The notes beneath the pieces are model-generated. The model saw only the letters and a list, made by a program, of their open reading frames with translations, did not search any database and was not told where the DNA came from. From Saprolegnia diclina VS20 (Eukaryota): DNA of 64,000 bases. Location: contig NW_008246077.1 in the NCBI RefSeq assembly GCF_000281045.1, forward strand, positions 342,326 through 406,325, in the 5' to 3' direction. Shown one piece after another: positions 24,049 to 36,587 of this stretch (position 1 is the stretch's first letter; each line of letters begins with the position of its first letter). The position numbers and the translations under genes were made by a program.

Positions 24049-26113
24049 GGTGTGGTTGGCAAATTGAAAACTGAAAAGAGATGTGACCGGCCACCGGTTG
24101 TTGTACATTCCATGGGTGGGCGAGACGACACCGTCCCACGACCCGCATGTTGACATGAACCGGCCGCACCGTGGGATACCTTTCTGAGTTTGCTCAAGCA
24201 ACTGACAAGCGAATCTTTGGCCACGTGAACGCGCGCTCGCTATATGATGGATAAAGCTCACTTGCGACATGCTGTCACCCCTTTCTCACAATGATCTTCA
24301 TCTTCGTCGGTGCCATCAGCTTTCGCGATCCCACGGCCTTCCTTCTACATGTAGTTTATCGCAAGTACACATCATCCCATGGTTGGACCATGGTGTCGGA
24401 CATTCTTGCCCCAGCGCGTCCTCGCTACATCCTTGCCGTTCTTTTGTCACCGATACTATACGTCAATTCTCTGTCGTCGAGTGTCAAGTAGGTACTGCAT
24501 GAATACGATTCGGAGAGTTGTGTGTAGTCGGAGTGTAAGGACCGGGATGAGCTGCACGGTGGCTCGCAGGCCCTATACGCAACGGAGACTTCACCCACAC
24601 GGCATTGCAGTGTCGTGGTAGGTGTCACCTCGACGATGCTACGAAGTGAGTGCACCGGTCGCAAAGCGACCTCGCTCAGGAAATATGCATGTGCTTGTCA
24701 GCACCGTGTCTCCGGTGCCGCCACGTCAAGTCAATCTGGAAGAAGGGGTTGCTTCAGAATGGAAAGACTGATAGAGTTGGACCTGCCGCAACATCTGCCG
24801 GGCGGCGTGCGGCGGGTGGGGCTTCTGTCACAGACACCTGGTCGGCGCGCACGTTTATGGCCTACAAACTCAGACACACGCTCGGTAGGGTGCAGCAGAT
24901 TCGGCGCTTACGGCCCACCCGTCAACTGCGCCTCCAATAGACAATCCAGGTCCAACAGTGCTTGGAGCGCTGTGGTACTTCATGAAGAAACGTTCGTCGT
25001 GGTGATGGTGGCGTGGCCGCGACGTGAGTTGCAAGACGGCCTTTCTATTGCCAACGGAAGTTGGCTGCTTCACACGGTGCACCTTCCGCATCTCGGACGA
25101 CGATCGGGTCACGATGTAATAGACCATGTGTGTGTGTACCTTCGAAAGCGGACGTTGAGCGGCTTGCGATCATCCCATCATATCGTACCCTACTGCCCTA
25201 CACCCAGGCCTACACCCTCCCGAGGTCCGCGCGACATGACACTTCTTGCTGCTGTGCGTACACTTGATGGATGGATATAAGCGGTTGTACCTCATGCTGG
25301 AACAGGCGCAAAGTGGTAGGAGCCCGTGTCCATGCGTCGGCCAGTGCTTCGTTGTCATTCCAAAAGCAGGTCGAGAGGCTACATTTTTCAGGTGCAAATC
25401 TGCTGCTCCTGCTGCTATTACTGTCGCTCGTCGTGCAATTGATGTGTAGCAGGTGGACGACTGCCCGCGCTTGAAGTTTGCAATCAACACGCTCTGAGAA
25501 AGCGACCGATGCATGCGCCCGTGCAGCCTCTGCATCTGGTCGGCAAGCATCTATGCCATTCCGTGCAGCATGCACCTGGATGCGGCCTCTGCTAAATGCA
25601 CTTGATCTGTGCACGACGACATATATGTAATTGGACACGGACGGACGCCACGATACATGTTTCAAATCTAGCGCGATGATGCAAACCAGACTGGAATGGC
25701 CTGCTAGCCGAGAATAGGAGCGCCATCCATCTTGCGATCTTGCGCACGCTGGGTTTGACGGTGGAGTATGCTGGGACACTGGCGCTTGCCGACAACAACT
25801 GCAGCATGCTGCCCGGTCTCGCCCTGTCCCTCATCATGATGCTACGAGACTGTCGTTCGTTGTCGTTCGATGTGCACGGCAGTCAGTTGGGCATTGTATT
25901 AAGATGCAGTACGATACATGCAGAGGTTCATTCGCAAAGGATGGCCTCGTAGAGACACGGAGTCGGAAGCGCCCGCTCAATGACACGGCTTTGATAAGAT
26001 CGCGGTGTTCGAAAAAAGGCGCGTCGACATTTTGTCCAATCGCGTTGCCTACAGAGCCATGTGTGCGTGCGATTGGCTAAAATGACAACAGTGCAAGAGT
26101 GGCAAGCAGCAAC

Positions 26114-28157
26114 ATGGGCACGAGCGACGCCAAGCTCGACCAATGTCTCGCGGTTCTCGCGGGCCCCACGGACGAGCACAAGTTTGCGGGCCTCTTGATG
26201 GTCACCAAGCACTTGGCTGACGCCGATGCGACGACGCTGCAGGCGGTGCGGGCGCGCGTGCTGGCGACCACGGGTGTCGTCTTCTTCCTCCGACTCCTCC
26301 ACACCAAAGGTGCATGGCCTTCGCCGTCGTCGACAATGGCTCACGACAGAGTGTGAATAGGCAGCGATGACGAAGCGCTTTCGCCGTACCGCGCTCTGGC
26401 TTTGAACCTGATCTCGAGGTAGTACCATCCTCGTCGTGGCTCGGCATACATGTATTGAGCTGGCCTTGCACCATAGCTTTTGCGGGGATGCAACGCTCGC
26501 AAACGAGTTTGCCAAGGCCTCTGTCGTCGCCGATACGCTCGAGGCATTGCAGCTCGGCGTTGCTGCGGCCAACGTGACTGTGGTCACCGACTGCCATCAC
26601 GTCCTGCAAGGGCTCTACCTCCACACGTCGTCCGGACGCGAGGTGCAACACATCTCCGTCCCGAGGTCTTCTGACCGCCTATCATTCTCGTAGCTTTTGA
26701 TCGAGAACGGACTCGTACCTGCGGTGGTGCAAGCCATGGCGCAGTGCTGTGCGGTGCAGCCGCTCTCGGACGCGCACGAAGTCATTCTCCAGCACCTCGT
26801 GGACCTCGTCCGCAGCATCCACGATCTCTGGAAGGCGCTGTCGTCCCCCGACTTTAACGCGTTGCTGCATTGTTTTGGTGCGATCGAGTCGCGGTCGCTT
26901 GCCAAGTGCCATTTACAAGAGCTGCTGCTGCGCGCGCCGGACGAGCGCTGGCTCGACGCTCCGCTCGCCGACGTCGTGTCCGGTCTCTTTGGCGCGTGGC
27001 CAGAGCACGGACACGCCTCGACGCAGCGTCGAGACACGTCGCTCGCGCTCATTGAGCGCCTCTTCTCGACCGTCGGTGGCGCGTGGCTTGTCCCGACGCC
27101 CGACGCCGCCGGTGACCTCGTCGTTCTCGTTGTCCAGTTGGCCGCCATCGAAGCCAAACTGCTCTTGGATGACGCCGAGCGGGCGTGGATCGACGTCCGC
27201 GTCAACGACAGCGCCGTCGAAGTCATCGATGCCGCCGACGACCGGCTCACGCGCATGGTTCCGATCTGCTATGGCATTCTGGAGGCCATTGTGTCGATGC
27301 TGGCCGGATCGCGCCCTGATATTGTCGACGCGTCGCTGCTCTCGGGACCGGTACTCGCACAGCTCCAGGATGCGCTCGGCGAGGTCTTTACGGTCGTGCT
27401 TCAGTTTCTAACGACGGCGCGGGACTTTGTCGCGACGTTCCCGACCTCGCTCGCCCTCGATATGGTGGTCTACGCCAGCGTCCGCGTCTTTGGCGCGTGG
27501 CTGGCCGAAGAGTCGGACTTTTGCCAAGCGGACGTGCTCCAGCTGCTGCCCTTCCTATTGCAGTACCAGCCGTCGCTCGTCACCGACGCATCGCCGTTGC
27601 AGAACGACGACGACGACGACGAGCTCGACTCGGACGACGAGGCGCCGCCGACACCGCTGCTCACCGACCCGCTGCACTTTTTACTCCCGGGTCTCCTCTC
27701 ACTGTCAGCCGACGAGACCGTGGCCAATGTCATCTTGGACGATGACGCTGTCTTGCAGCGCGTGCTGCAGTTTGGCGTCAGCGTCTGCGCCAACGCCGAG
27801 AGCCCTGGTGTCGTCACGCTGTGTCTTGGTGTCTCTATGAATTTGTTGCTCCTTGGGTCGCCGTCGTTCACGGCCAAAGCCCGCTTCCAGAAGACACTGC
27901 CGGTGTACATGAAGCTCGCACAACTGACAGGCCAGCGTTGCATGACGAGCCGCGTGTACGACGACGACGCGACGTCACTGCTCTTGCATCTGCTCAACTA
28001 CTGCCTCTTGGTCCTTCTGGGCGCGTCGACTACGAGCTCCGACAAGGCCTTTCGCGCCACGCTCGAGTGGGCGCAAGCGCATGCGCCGCCGATCGAGTGC
28101 GACGCCAGCTACGACCTCCACGCACTCTTGCTGCACTTGGCCGCCCGCTACACGTAA
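26114..28157 (+). CDS. Neurochondrin-family protein (multi-exon)
   Basis: N-terminus LDQCLAVLAGPTDEHKFAGLLMVTK...FFLRLLHT; ASVRVFGAWLAEE; DPLHFLLPGL. Confidence 0.85.
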
Positions 28158-28264
28158 AAGACGACCTGTAGAATCGGGTTAAATTAAGGTTAACAAGATG
28201 TTTCGCAGAGAGGGGTGGATCTAGTCTGCCACAAGGGCTTCCACCGCGCAGCACGCTTCAAAAA

Positions 28265-29017
28265 TCAGACCGTCGACGCAATCTCGTGCGCCGCCGACTC
28301 GAGGCGCGCACGTTTCGCACTCGGGCCGTTGGTAGGCTCTAACGACCGGCAACGCCGGCGCGAGGCAGGCGGCGCGCGCGCCGGGGGCGACGTGATCGTG
28401 CACTCTTCGCCGACCGCATCAAGCTCGTGGACGCTGGCCTGCTGCATGATGCGTGCGTTCATGACGGGCGGCATGGATGCAATGTCGCTGCAGCAGGCGC
28501 CATTTGCAGTGAGACTCGGCGGGTTGCGGCGTACGCGGGCATTCACGACCGCTCGAATGACCTGATTGCTCGCCGGCAGCTCCAGGAGCTGCGCCGTGGG
28601 CATGTTGGCCTGTGACTGCTGCAAAATGATCGTCGTGTTGATCGCGTACACCGAGTAGTTGCTGTACGCGTCGGTCGGCAGCTGGTGGCGACAGGTCGGG
28701 CACGTCGAGTGGAGCTTCAGCCACGGGTCAATGCAATGGGCGTGGAATGAGTGGCGGCACGGTAGCTCGACGCTGAGCTCGTCGCCAAACGCCTCCATGC
28801 ACACAACGCAGGCCGACTCGTCTGATGTCGCGACCAGGTTCTCCTTGAGGCCATCGACGTACGAGGCGGACGCAGGCGAGACCGAATTGAGCTGCGGCAT
28901 GATGTAGCGGATGATGCTCTGCACCCAGCGCGGGCTCTTGAAGAGGCGCAGCGCGTCCTTGATGTGCGAGTTGGGCGGCGCCGCGTACCGGACGTTCACG
29001 CGGATGGCGAGGTCCAT
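28265..29017 (-). CDS. RING-H2 E3 ubiquitin ligase
   Basis: PASASYVDGL, then CVVCMEAF...LPCRHSFHAHCIDPWLKLHSTCPTCR. Confidence 0.9.
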   Translation of the reverse strand: MDLAIRVNVRYAAPPNSHIKDALRLFKSPRWVQSIIRYIMPQLNSVSPASASYVDGLKENLVATSDESACVVCMEAFGDELSVELPCRHSFHAHCIDPWLKLHSTCPTCRHQLPTDAYSNYSVYAINTTIILQQSQANMPTAQLLELPASNQVIRAVVNARVRRNPPSLTANGACCSDIASMPPVMNARIMQQASVHELDAVGEECTITSPPARAPPASRRRCRSLEPTNGPSAKRARLESAAHEIASTV

Positions 29018-29451
29018 TTCGCAGGTGGCAGCAGAATCGGAAGTGAGCAGTTCATGGCGGCGAGGTCGCATATATGGCACGCCCGCCTAATGCGAATTCT
29101 ATTTCGGTTGCGGCAAAGCACGAGATCCGAACGGGAATTTCGCCCGTCGTTCGTTTCAGCTTTATTTAAGTATCTAAATTTTTGTATCCAAATAATAAAA
29201 ATGTACGCCAACGGGTGTTTCGCACGGATCCGAGGTGGCGGCTCACAAACGACGCGCGTCTTTTTATTGTATTTTTACGCTCAAAACGCCTGGTTTCAGG
29301 CTCCGGTAGGACTTTTGCCCCGTCGCTTTCTGGGACGCCGGGCCGTTGGCCCTTATTCGAGGGCTTCCGGTAGGACCCGAAGCGACGGGGCGGTTGCCCA
29401 CGTTTAGTTAGTCGCTCCCAATGTATTTTGAACCATCATGATGGCGTTGCG

Positions 29452-31321
29452 CTAATTATACGACAGCGCCGCCATCAAAGCTCGTCCGAAACGAAGCCAG
29501 TATAACAACCCAAGTGCAAGGTGAGGAGTCTTCAATTTACGCCTGTCGGTAGTATGGTCGCGCGGCCAACGTTCACGCGCAACTCTACAGTGCATGCTTC
29601 TTGAGCGCACTGGATACGAGAGAAGACGACACAAAGATGGCTCGTCGTCGCTGGCGTACCATGAAGAAGGGCGTGGAGAGCCAGAAGCTGCTGCGCCCAC
29701 GCGCGCTGGTCTGATGCGCCCTGCGTCGTCACGTCGGCGACATTGCGCTGCAATTGCAGCACCTGCAAGAAAAGGCCTTGCGCGATATTACTTGATGGCC
29801 AATGTAGCGTCTACCTGTGTGCCAATGTGGACTTGGAACGCATGCAAGGACGCAGCGACTTGACCGATGCGTGTCTCGACCGCCGAGAGATGTGCCCGCA
29901 CTTCAACAATCGGCGTCTCGTCGGGCGCCTGTGGCGTCGGCTCAGATATCACACGCCTGATCTTGGTCGCGTACGGTCCCTTCCCACGTTGGCGGCGGCG
30001 ACGGGGCGCACGTTTTCTGGGCTTTGAGCACGGCAATCTCACTGGCCCACGCCTGTTGCGCAACATCGAAGCGCTGCGAAAGGTCCATGGGTAACTTTGT
30101 CGCCATCTACGAGACCTTGTCTTTGAGACGTCGTGCTACGTTGTTGTAGCTCATTACGTGGTGGAGCTTTTGCGTCAGCTCCTCGAGTTCCAACACCACG
30201 TGCTCGTGCTTGGCCGCCGCGCCGCGCGCGAGCTCCCGCAGGCGATTCGTGAGCGCATCAAACTGCAACCGGTCCGCGCTCCGGTAGGCACTCATGTCGG
30301 CCTTTCTAATTTTGAAAATGTGATGACGTGGCACGACGAGACACGTGAAAACGAACATCGCTTCCACGTCCATGTGCAGCTCGTCACATCGGTGCTTTTC
30401 CGTCGTTGCATGCAGCATGGTTCTAGCATGGGATTTAATCTATCGAACGATAGAAGAAGCCAAGTACTCGCGGCCGGACGGGCGCGCTAAATGGAGCTGC
30501 AGTTGCGCCTTCTCGAGCCCAAAGAGCTTTTCATCCAACGCCGTCAACTTGGCTTCAAACGTGTGAAACGACTAGTCAATCGTCGTGCTAGTAACCTAGT
30601 TTAGGACGTTGTCGTACTGTCAATGTTGCGTCCGACTCCTTCTGCGCTTGCTCGCGCATCTTCTCGAGAAGCCCGTGGGTTTGGCCCAGTCGGCCATTGG
30701 CAGCGCTCCAGAACGAGTCCATCTAATGCCATCACGTCCAAGTTGCTGCATCTCGCGCGCCAATGGTCATACTTCGCCCCGCATGACGGCCATGTGCTCC
30801 TTCATCGCTGCGACTTCGGTCTTGACCTCTTGCAAATGCCGCCGGTATTTCTACAGCCACCATCGCCACCGTTCTATTCACCACGTGTTTACCTGCTGCT
30901 CTTGAGCCACGCTGTAGTGCAGACGATCCATCTTCTTGTCAATTTGGTCGTGCAGCGCGACGTGGGCAGCGTGCTGGTGGGTGCGCAGGGCTTCCAACTG
31001 CCACATGTGCATTCCACCACTCTATCGTTGGAGACGTTCAAGTACCTGCTGCTGCAAAGATAAAAACGTCTCTTGGGACGCTGCTTCGAGCTCCAACTGC
31101 TCTTGGCTGTCGCGCTCGAGGGCCTACGCGCATGACATACCGTAGAGCCCGCTGTCGCACCCAACCTGCACAGCCGCGCGCAGCGCATCGACTTGCGGCA
31201 CAATCGACGCCGTGAGCGTCACGAGGTCGGTTTTCGCCTTCTTCGCGTGCTCTTCGGCCTTCTCGCGGCGCCGGCGCTCGACCACGAGGTTGGGGCTCCC
31301 GCCGAGGACGTGCGCCTTCAT
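29452..31321 (-). CDS. Multi-exon coiled-coil protein (about 11-12 short exons; 3' end uncertain)
   Basis: MKAHVLGG...ALRAAVQ|ALERDSQEQLELE...|LEALRTHQ...|KYRRHLQEVKTEV... joined by 40-55 nt GT-AG introns; heptad-rich. Confidence 0.6.
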
Positions 31322-31398
31322 TCGAAGATTTGCACATCGTGAAACGACGCGTCGTGGGAAAAGACTCGTCGTCGTTACACCGTCCCGGCTCGCCGACC

Positions 31399-34300
31399 AT
31401 GGACATCTACCGGCTCGGGAAGCTCAAGCTCTTTCGGAAGAAGAAGGGACAGGACCTCCGTGCGCAGAGCGTGTACGACCTCCAGCGGTACGTTTTGACG
31501 TAGCGACCATCGTGCCACGACGGTGCGCAGGTTTCGGGCGTTGTACCTTGGCGCGACGCAGAGTCGGGGCCTCGCACCGCCGCCCGCCTTTGACAAGGTA
31601 CAGCTTTGCTGTGGAAATGGCTACATGTCGTGTCGAGTAGTGCGTCTACAAGGCGATTTCAACGCAATCGAACCTCGTGCTCGTGGACTTTCGTGGCCAA
31701 GACGTGAGCGACAATCAGCTGCTCGCACTAGTCGAGACGCTCCTTGAGATTCCGATCCTTTCGAGCCTCGACTTGCGCGACAACCTCATTACAGAAGAGG
31801 TGCGCGTTGCCATACCTGGGCCGCGATTTAGAACGCTCGTAGGGCGGTCTCTCCATCTTGGAGCTGCTCCGCCACCAGCTCATTAGCGCCAAAGCCAAGA
31901 GCGCGGGACCGGTAGACACGAGTAGCGTCTTGTCCAGCGTGAACCGTGAATGTCTAGTCGTTGGAGTACACGCGCTTGATCACAAAGGTCGATCTGCGCG
32001 GCAACAACGTGTCCGAGCCGACGCTGCAGACGATTCGGCAGGTATGATTTGTCTGGCGTCTCGGGTTGTGACGGACGCTAGTACACGGCGATGCTGGCGC
32101 GGGAAGACAAGCGGCTCCAGATCAAGTCGATCTTGAACCAACTCGACTACAACGCGTCCGGGTCGCTCGATGAGAACGAAGTGCGCATTGCACTCAAGCT
32201 CGCGAGCGGCGTCGAGCCGACAAAGAAGGAAGTCGGGAACATCATGGAGCAGCTCGGGCTGCTGAGCTGGCAGCTCTCGAACGGCCCGTCCCCGTCCCAG
32301 AAGCAAACGTCCGAAGCGAGCTTGCGCGCGGCGCTGGAGAACATTCTTCTCGCACGCTTCGCGCGGTCGCCCGCCAAGAAGGACATGGAAGGGATGCCGC
32401 CACTCGAGTCCCTTGCGCACATTCGCCATGCTGAGCTCACGATGCCGTCCAACTACAATGCTGAAGACCCGAGTGATGACGACGACCAAGTGCCGCCAAT
32501 GGTCGCCGCCGCACGACGCAGCTCTGTGCGCCTTGGAAGCAGCCTCTCCTCGCTGAGTAGTCACGTTTCGTCCGAGGGTACCATCTCACCAGACGACGTC
32601 GAGATGCCGCCGCTGGATCTCGAGTCGCCTCCGACGAGCCGCCCACCGTCGCCCACGGCAGCTGCGCGTCCCCCGCCGATCGTGATCCCGGTGCAGCAAT
32701 CGTTGTCACCGATGCCATCGCCGGTTGTGTCGCCGGTTGCATCCCCAGTGGCCGCGGAACACTACGTGCACCGCAGCAGTGACGCATCTGTAGTCATGCA
32801 CATGATCTCGCCTCTGCTTTCGCCCGTCCAGACGCCGCCCACGTCCCCGACAATGACTCTCATGACGCCACATCGTGAGGCGCAGCCGATAGCAGACGCG
32901 ATGCCGTCAACTAACACGTCGATTCTACCGCCGCCACTGCTTCCAGTAACCCCCGAGGCGCCTCACCCCCCGGTCGTAGCAACGTCGTTTGCACCCACTG
33001 CCATCGATCCACCAGTGCCTGCTCCCGAGGATGCCGCGAATGTGCAACCACCAACGAGCGAGTCGGAAGCGAATCTTGGCGAAGACCCAAGGCCCAATGC
33101 TGCATTCATAAACTCACCCACGTCGTCGCTATCAGCCGGCGACTGCATGTCCCCACCTGATGCGTCACCTTGCACGTCACCGGTCGCGGCGCTCGTCGCT
33201 CCTTTGCCAGCGCCGCTTTTGCCCCCGAGCTCACCGCCCTTTGCAGCTTTAGCGTCGGCGATGGCGCCCTCCAGTCCCAGTCGATTGCAGTCCGTCAGCG
33301 AACGGCGCGTCTCGTTGGAGAGCCTCGCCAACGGCGACGACAGCGACGACGACGATCCATTTGAGCTGGCATCGCCGGAAGAATCCCGGAGTCTTGAAAC
33401 CGCAACGGCGTCGATCTTGGAGATGACGGTGGTCGACGACGCCCGCTGCGAAGACGAGGCAACCTCCGAGCCTGGTACACCGTACACATGCGAGCAGCAG
33501 CCGGCCATGTACCAAGGCTACGAGCGGTGACCCTAATTCGGTACAAGTTCGGTATTTGATACGAAATTAGGGTCGCGGCCAAGCTTCAACACCCGCAAAT
33601 GGCGTCGACGTTCCAGTGGGCTTTGCTGTTTCCAGACGTCCCGCTCTCCAACGTGGTGGCGCTCATTCTGTGCCACAATGCCCTCGAGTCCATTTCCTTT
33701 CAAGACGTACCGTCTCTAATTGTCATGCAAGCGATTGAGAAAGGGTGTGTAGATGCAGCTGCGGCATTTGCGCGTCCTCGACCTGTCCGCCAACAAGCTG
33801 CACAAGCTCACACCCATGGATGTCCAGCCACTGCGCCAGCTCGAGGTGCGCCACAGGCGTTCGTTGCGTGTTTTTAGCTTCAACCATAGGTCCTGGACCT
33901 GAGCTTCAATGCCTTTCGTACGATTCACGGCATTGAGCACCTTACGCATCTCAAAGCACTCAACTTTGCCGGGAACCACATCAAGGCGGTCAAGAACCTC
34001 GAGTTCCTCGAGCATCTTGAGGTCATCTCGTTCATCTACACTGTACAAAACCGTAGTGTTGTTCTGAGTAGATCCTGAACTTGGCGCAAAACGAAATTCT
34101 AACGCCGCAAGCCCTCCGGCTCCTCTCTCTCAACAAGGTAGGTTCATGCATCGGCTCGTGCATGACCGCACGACGTTAGCACCTCACGCACTTGAACATT
34201 GACGACAACCCGGTTGTGAGCCAGGGCAACCACCGCCACCACAGCGCCCATATACTCAACATCATTCCGACGCTGCGGTCGCTCGGCTGCATCCACCTCG

Positions 34301-36545
34301 CGGCGCTCATTTTGCGGGAGAAGCGCAAGGACAAGAGCGCCAAACCCAAAGACGACACGCCGTCCGTGGTCACCGCCGTCGACGAGACGGACAGTCCGTA
34401 CTGGATTGCACAAGCGTGCAAAAACGTCGGCTTGGTCTGCGATGCGCCCGAGGTGCGACGACTCCGAGTCGCTTGATTCACCCAATCACGGAATGCATAT
34501 TAGGAGGCACCGCGCACACCGTCGCCAAAAAAGGTATCGCGGCACGAGCAACGGTCGCGCGACGAGCTGCGCGCCAAGTCGTTTGCCCACCACATAAAGA
34601 AAGAGTCGCCGCCGCCACCACCGATGCCGCTCAAGACGAAGCCCAAGTGCTCGTTCGCCGCACAGCAGAAGCGAGCGATCATGCTGAGTACGCCCAAGCC
34701 GTCGGCGGTCAAGCCGCCGCCGCCACCAAAAGTCGCACCACCGCCGCCCAGGAGCGTACCGGTGGTTTCGACCTTGAGAGGGTTTCTCCAGCCGACGCAG
34801 GCGTCGATCCACAGTACGCTGGCCGCCGAGCGCGAGAAATCCGCCAAAATCAAAAAGCCCAAGTCGGCCATGCACAAGCGACTACTGCGACGTGGTACGT
34901 TGCTCTCGGGCTGTATCTTCTTTGACACGCAGCGCTTGCAGAGGAAAAGCTACGACAATACTTGGTGGCGACGTCGCCGCCCAAGCTCGCACCGCCGTCG
35001 CCTCCAGCACCTCGGGCAACGACGGTGCCTCTCGTCTTGTCGCCATCACCAGCGCGCAACCAGACGAGCACGAGTAGTACGCCGGGTCTGCACTCCGACT
35101 CGTCGACCGAAGCCTTTTTGCAAACCATTCGGTTGCGCGAATTTGTGACGCATGTGGCTGAAGACCATGCGACGGCCTTGTCCGCGCTCGATATTCTCGT
35201 GACGCTCTGCGAGCGCAGCAGCCTCGAGATGGCCAAGCTCATCGACTTCAAGACCAATTTGGTTGGCGACTTCACATTTTTCATGTATATTTGACGGGGG
35301 TTGTAGGATTCGATGCATATCCTCGGGTACTTCTACGTCGAACCATCAATGCAGCAGGTGCTTGATGCAAGCCCGATGGAGCACGACAGCGTTCGACAGC
35401 AGCTGACCGAGCTCCACGACCTCAAGCGCGCAATGGCGTCGATCTTGAGCAACGTCGACTGGCCTGCTACGACAGCAACGGGGAGCGTCTCGTCCAGCAC
35501 CACATCGCTTCTCCGCGCCGCTTGCGAGGCTCTGCGGACGTCTGCAATCGGTAACCTTCTCTCGTCGCCGGCGCCAACGTCGCTCGACCTACTCTCGCCC
35601 ACGAGCTCTGTCGCCGGAAACACTGCTACGTTTTCGTTTGCCGTGGATGGCCGCGCTGAGCCGCACCGAGAGCTGGCGGTGGCCACCGACGACGACGACG
35701 TGTTCTTCCGAGACGAGCCGAGTACGCTAGTCGTGGAAGAAGCTACCCCGAACGACGCAGTGTTTTTGGACACGACTTCGGTCAACGACCCGCTAGACGC
35801 CACGTTTGATATCGACGCCGCGAAGGACGAGCTACTCGCCGACGCTGCTGGTGATGCTGATGACACGAAGGTTCCCGAGACTGACGATGCTCTCGATGGC
35901 GAGCTCGATGAAGTGGCCATAGTCCACGACGTGGTCTCTACCGAGGAGTATGAGGAGGAGGAAGTAGCCGAAGCTGAGGCAGTGGAAGACGAAGAAGAAG
36001 CTGAAGAGGCAGAAGAAGCTGAAGAAGCTGAAGAAGACGAAGATGCGGAAGAAGATGAAGATGCGGAAGAAGACGAAGAAAACGAAGACGCTGCTGTGGA
36101 TGAAGCAGCTGTAGAGGACGATGAAGAGGCTGCAGAGTACGACGAAGAGACTGCAGAAGACGACGCAGACGGCGCCGCAGAAGCTGCAGACGACGACGAG
36201 GAGGAAGGAGAAGCCGATGACGATGCGCTGACGCACGGCGATTGGGAGCAAGGGTTTGACGAATCGTCTCAGCATCATTACTGGTTCAACTCGGCGACGG
36301 AAGAAAGTTCGTGGACGCCGCCACCGGGCTGGCCGTACGATCTCCAGGGCAACCTCCTCGCATCGCAAACTGCCGCCAACGACGACGAAGAAGAAGACGA
36401 GGACGGTGAAGAGAACGAGGCGGAAGAAGACGCGTCCGAAGAGTTGAGCCTCGAGGCGCGGATTGCGATGGCGCTTCAGGGCGGCAGCGCTCCCGCCGAC
36501 GATGAAGTTGACTTTAGCGACAACGACTCGCTTCCTGACCTGTAG
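31399..36545 (+). CDS. Large protein: N-terminal LRR, EF-hand, Pro/Ser-rich linker, SDS22-like LRRs, acidic tract, C-terminal WW domain
   Basis: LSSLDLRDNLI, DYNASGSLDENE, LRVLDLSANKL, VLDLSFNAF, LTHLNIDDNPV, GDWEQGFDESSQHHYWFNSATEESSWTPP; many short introns (first 31488-31530). Confidence 0.8.
35945..36230 (+). repeat. Coding low-complexity GAA/GAC-rich tandem tract (poly-E/D/A)
   Basis: Repeated GAAGAAGCT and GAAGATGCGGAA units. Confidence 0.8.
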
Positions 36546-36587
36546 ACGAGTCCTAAGACTATGCAATTGTGCACGTAAACTTTCTCA

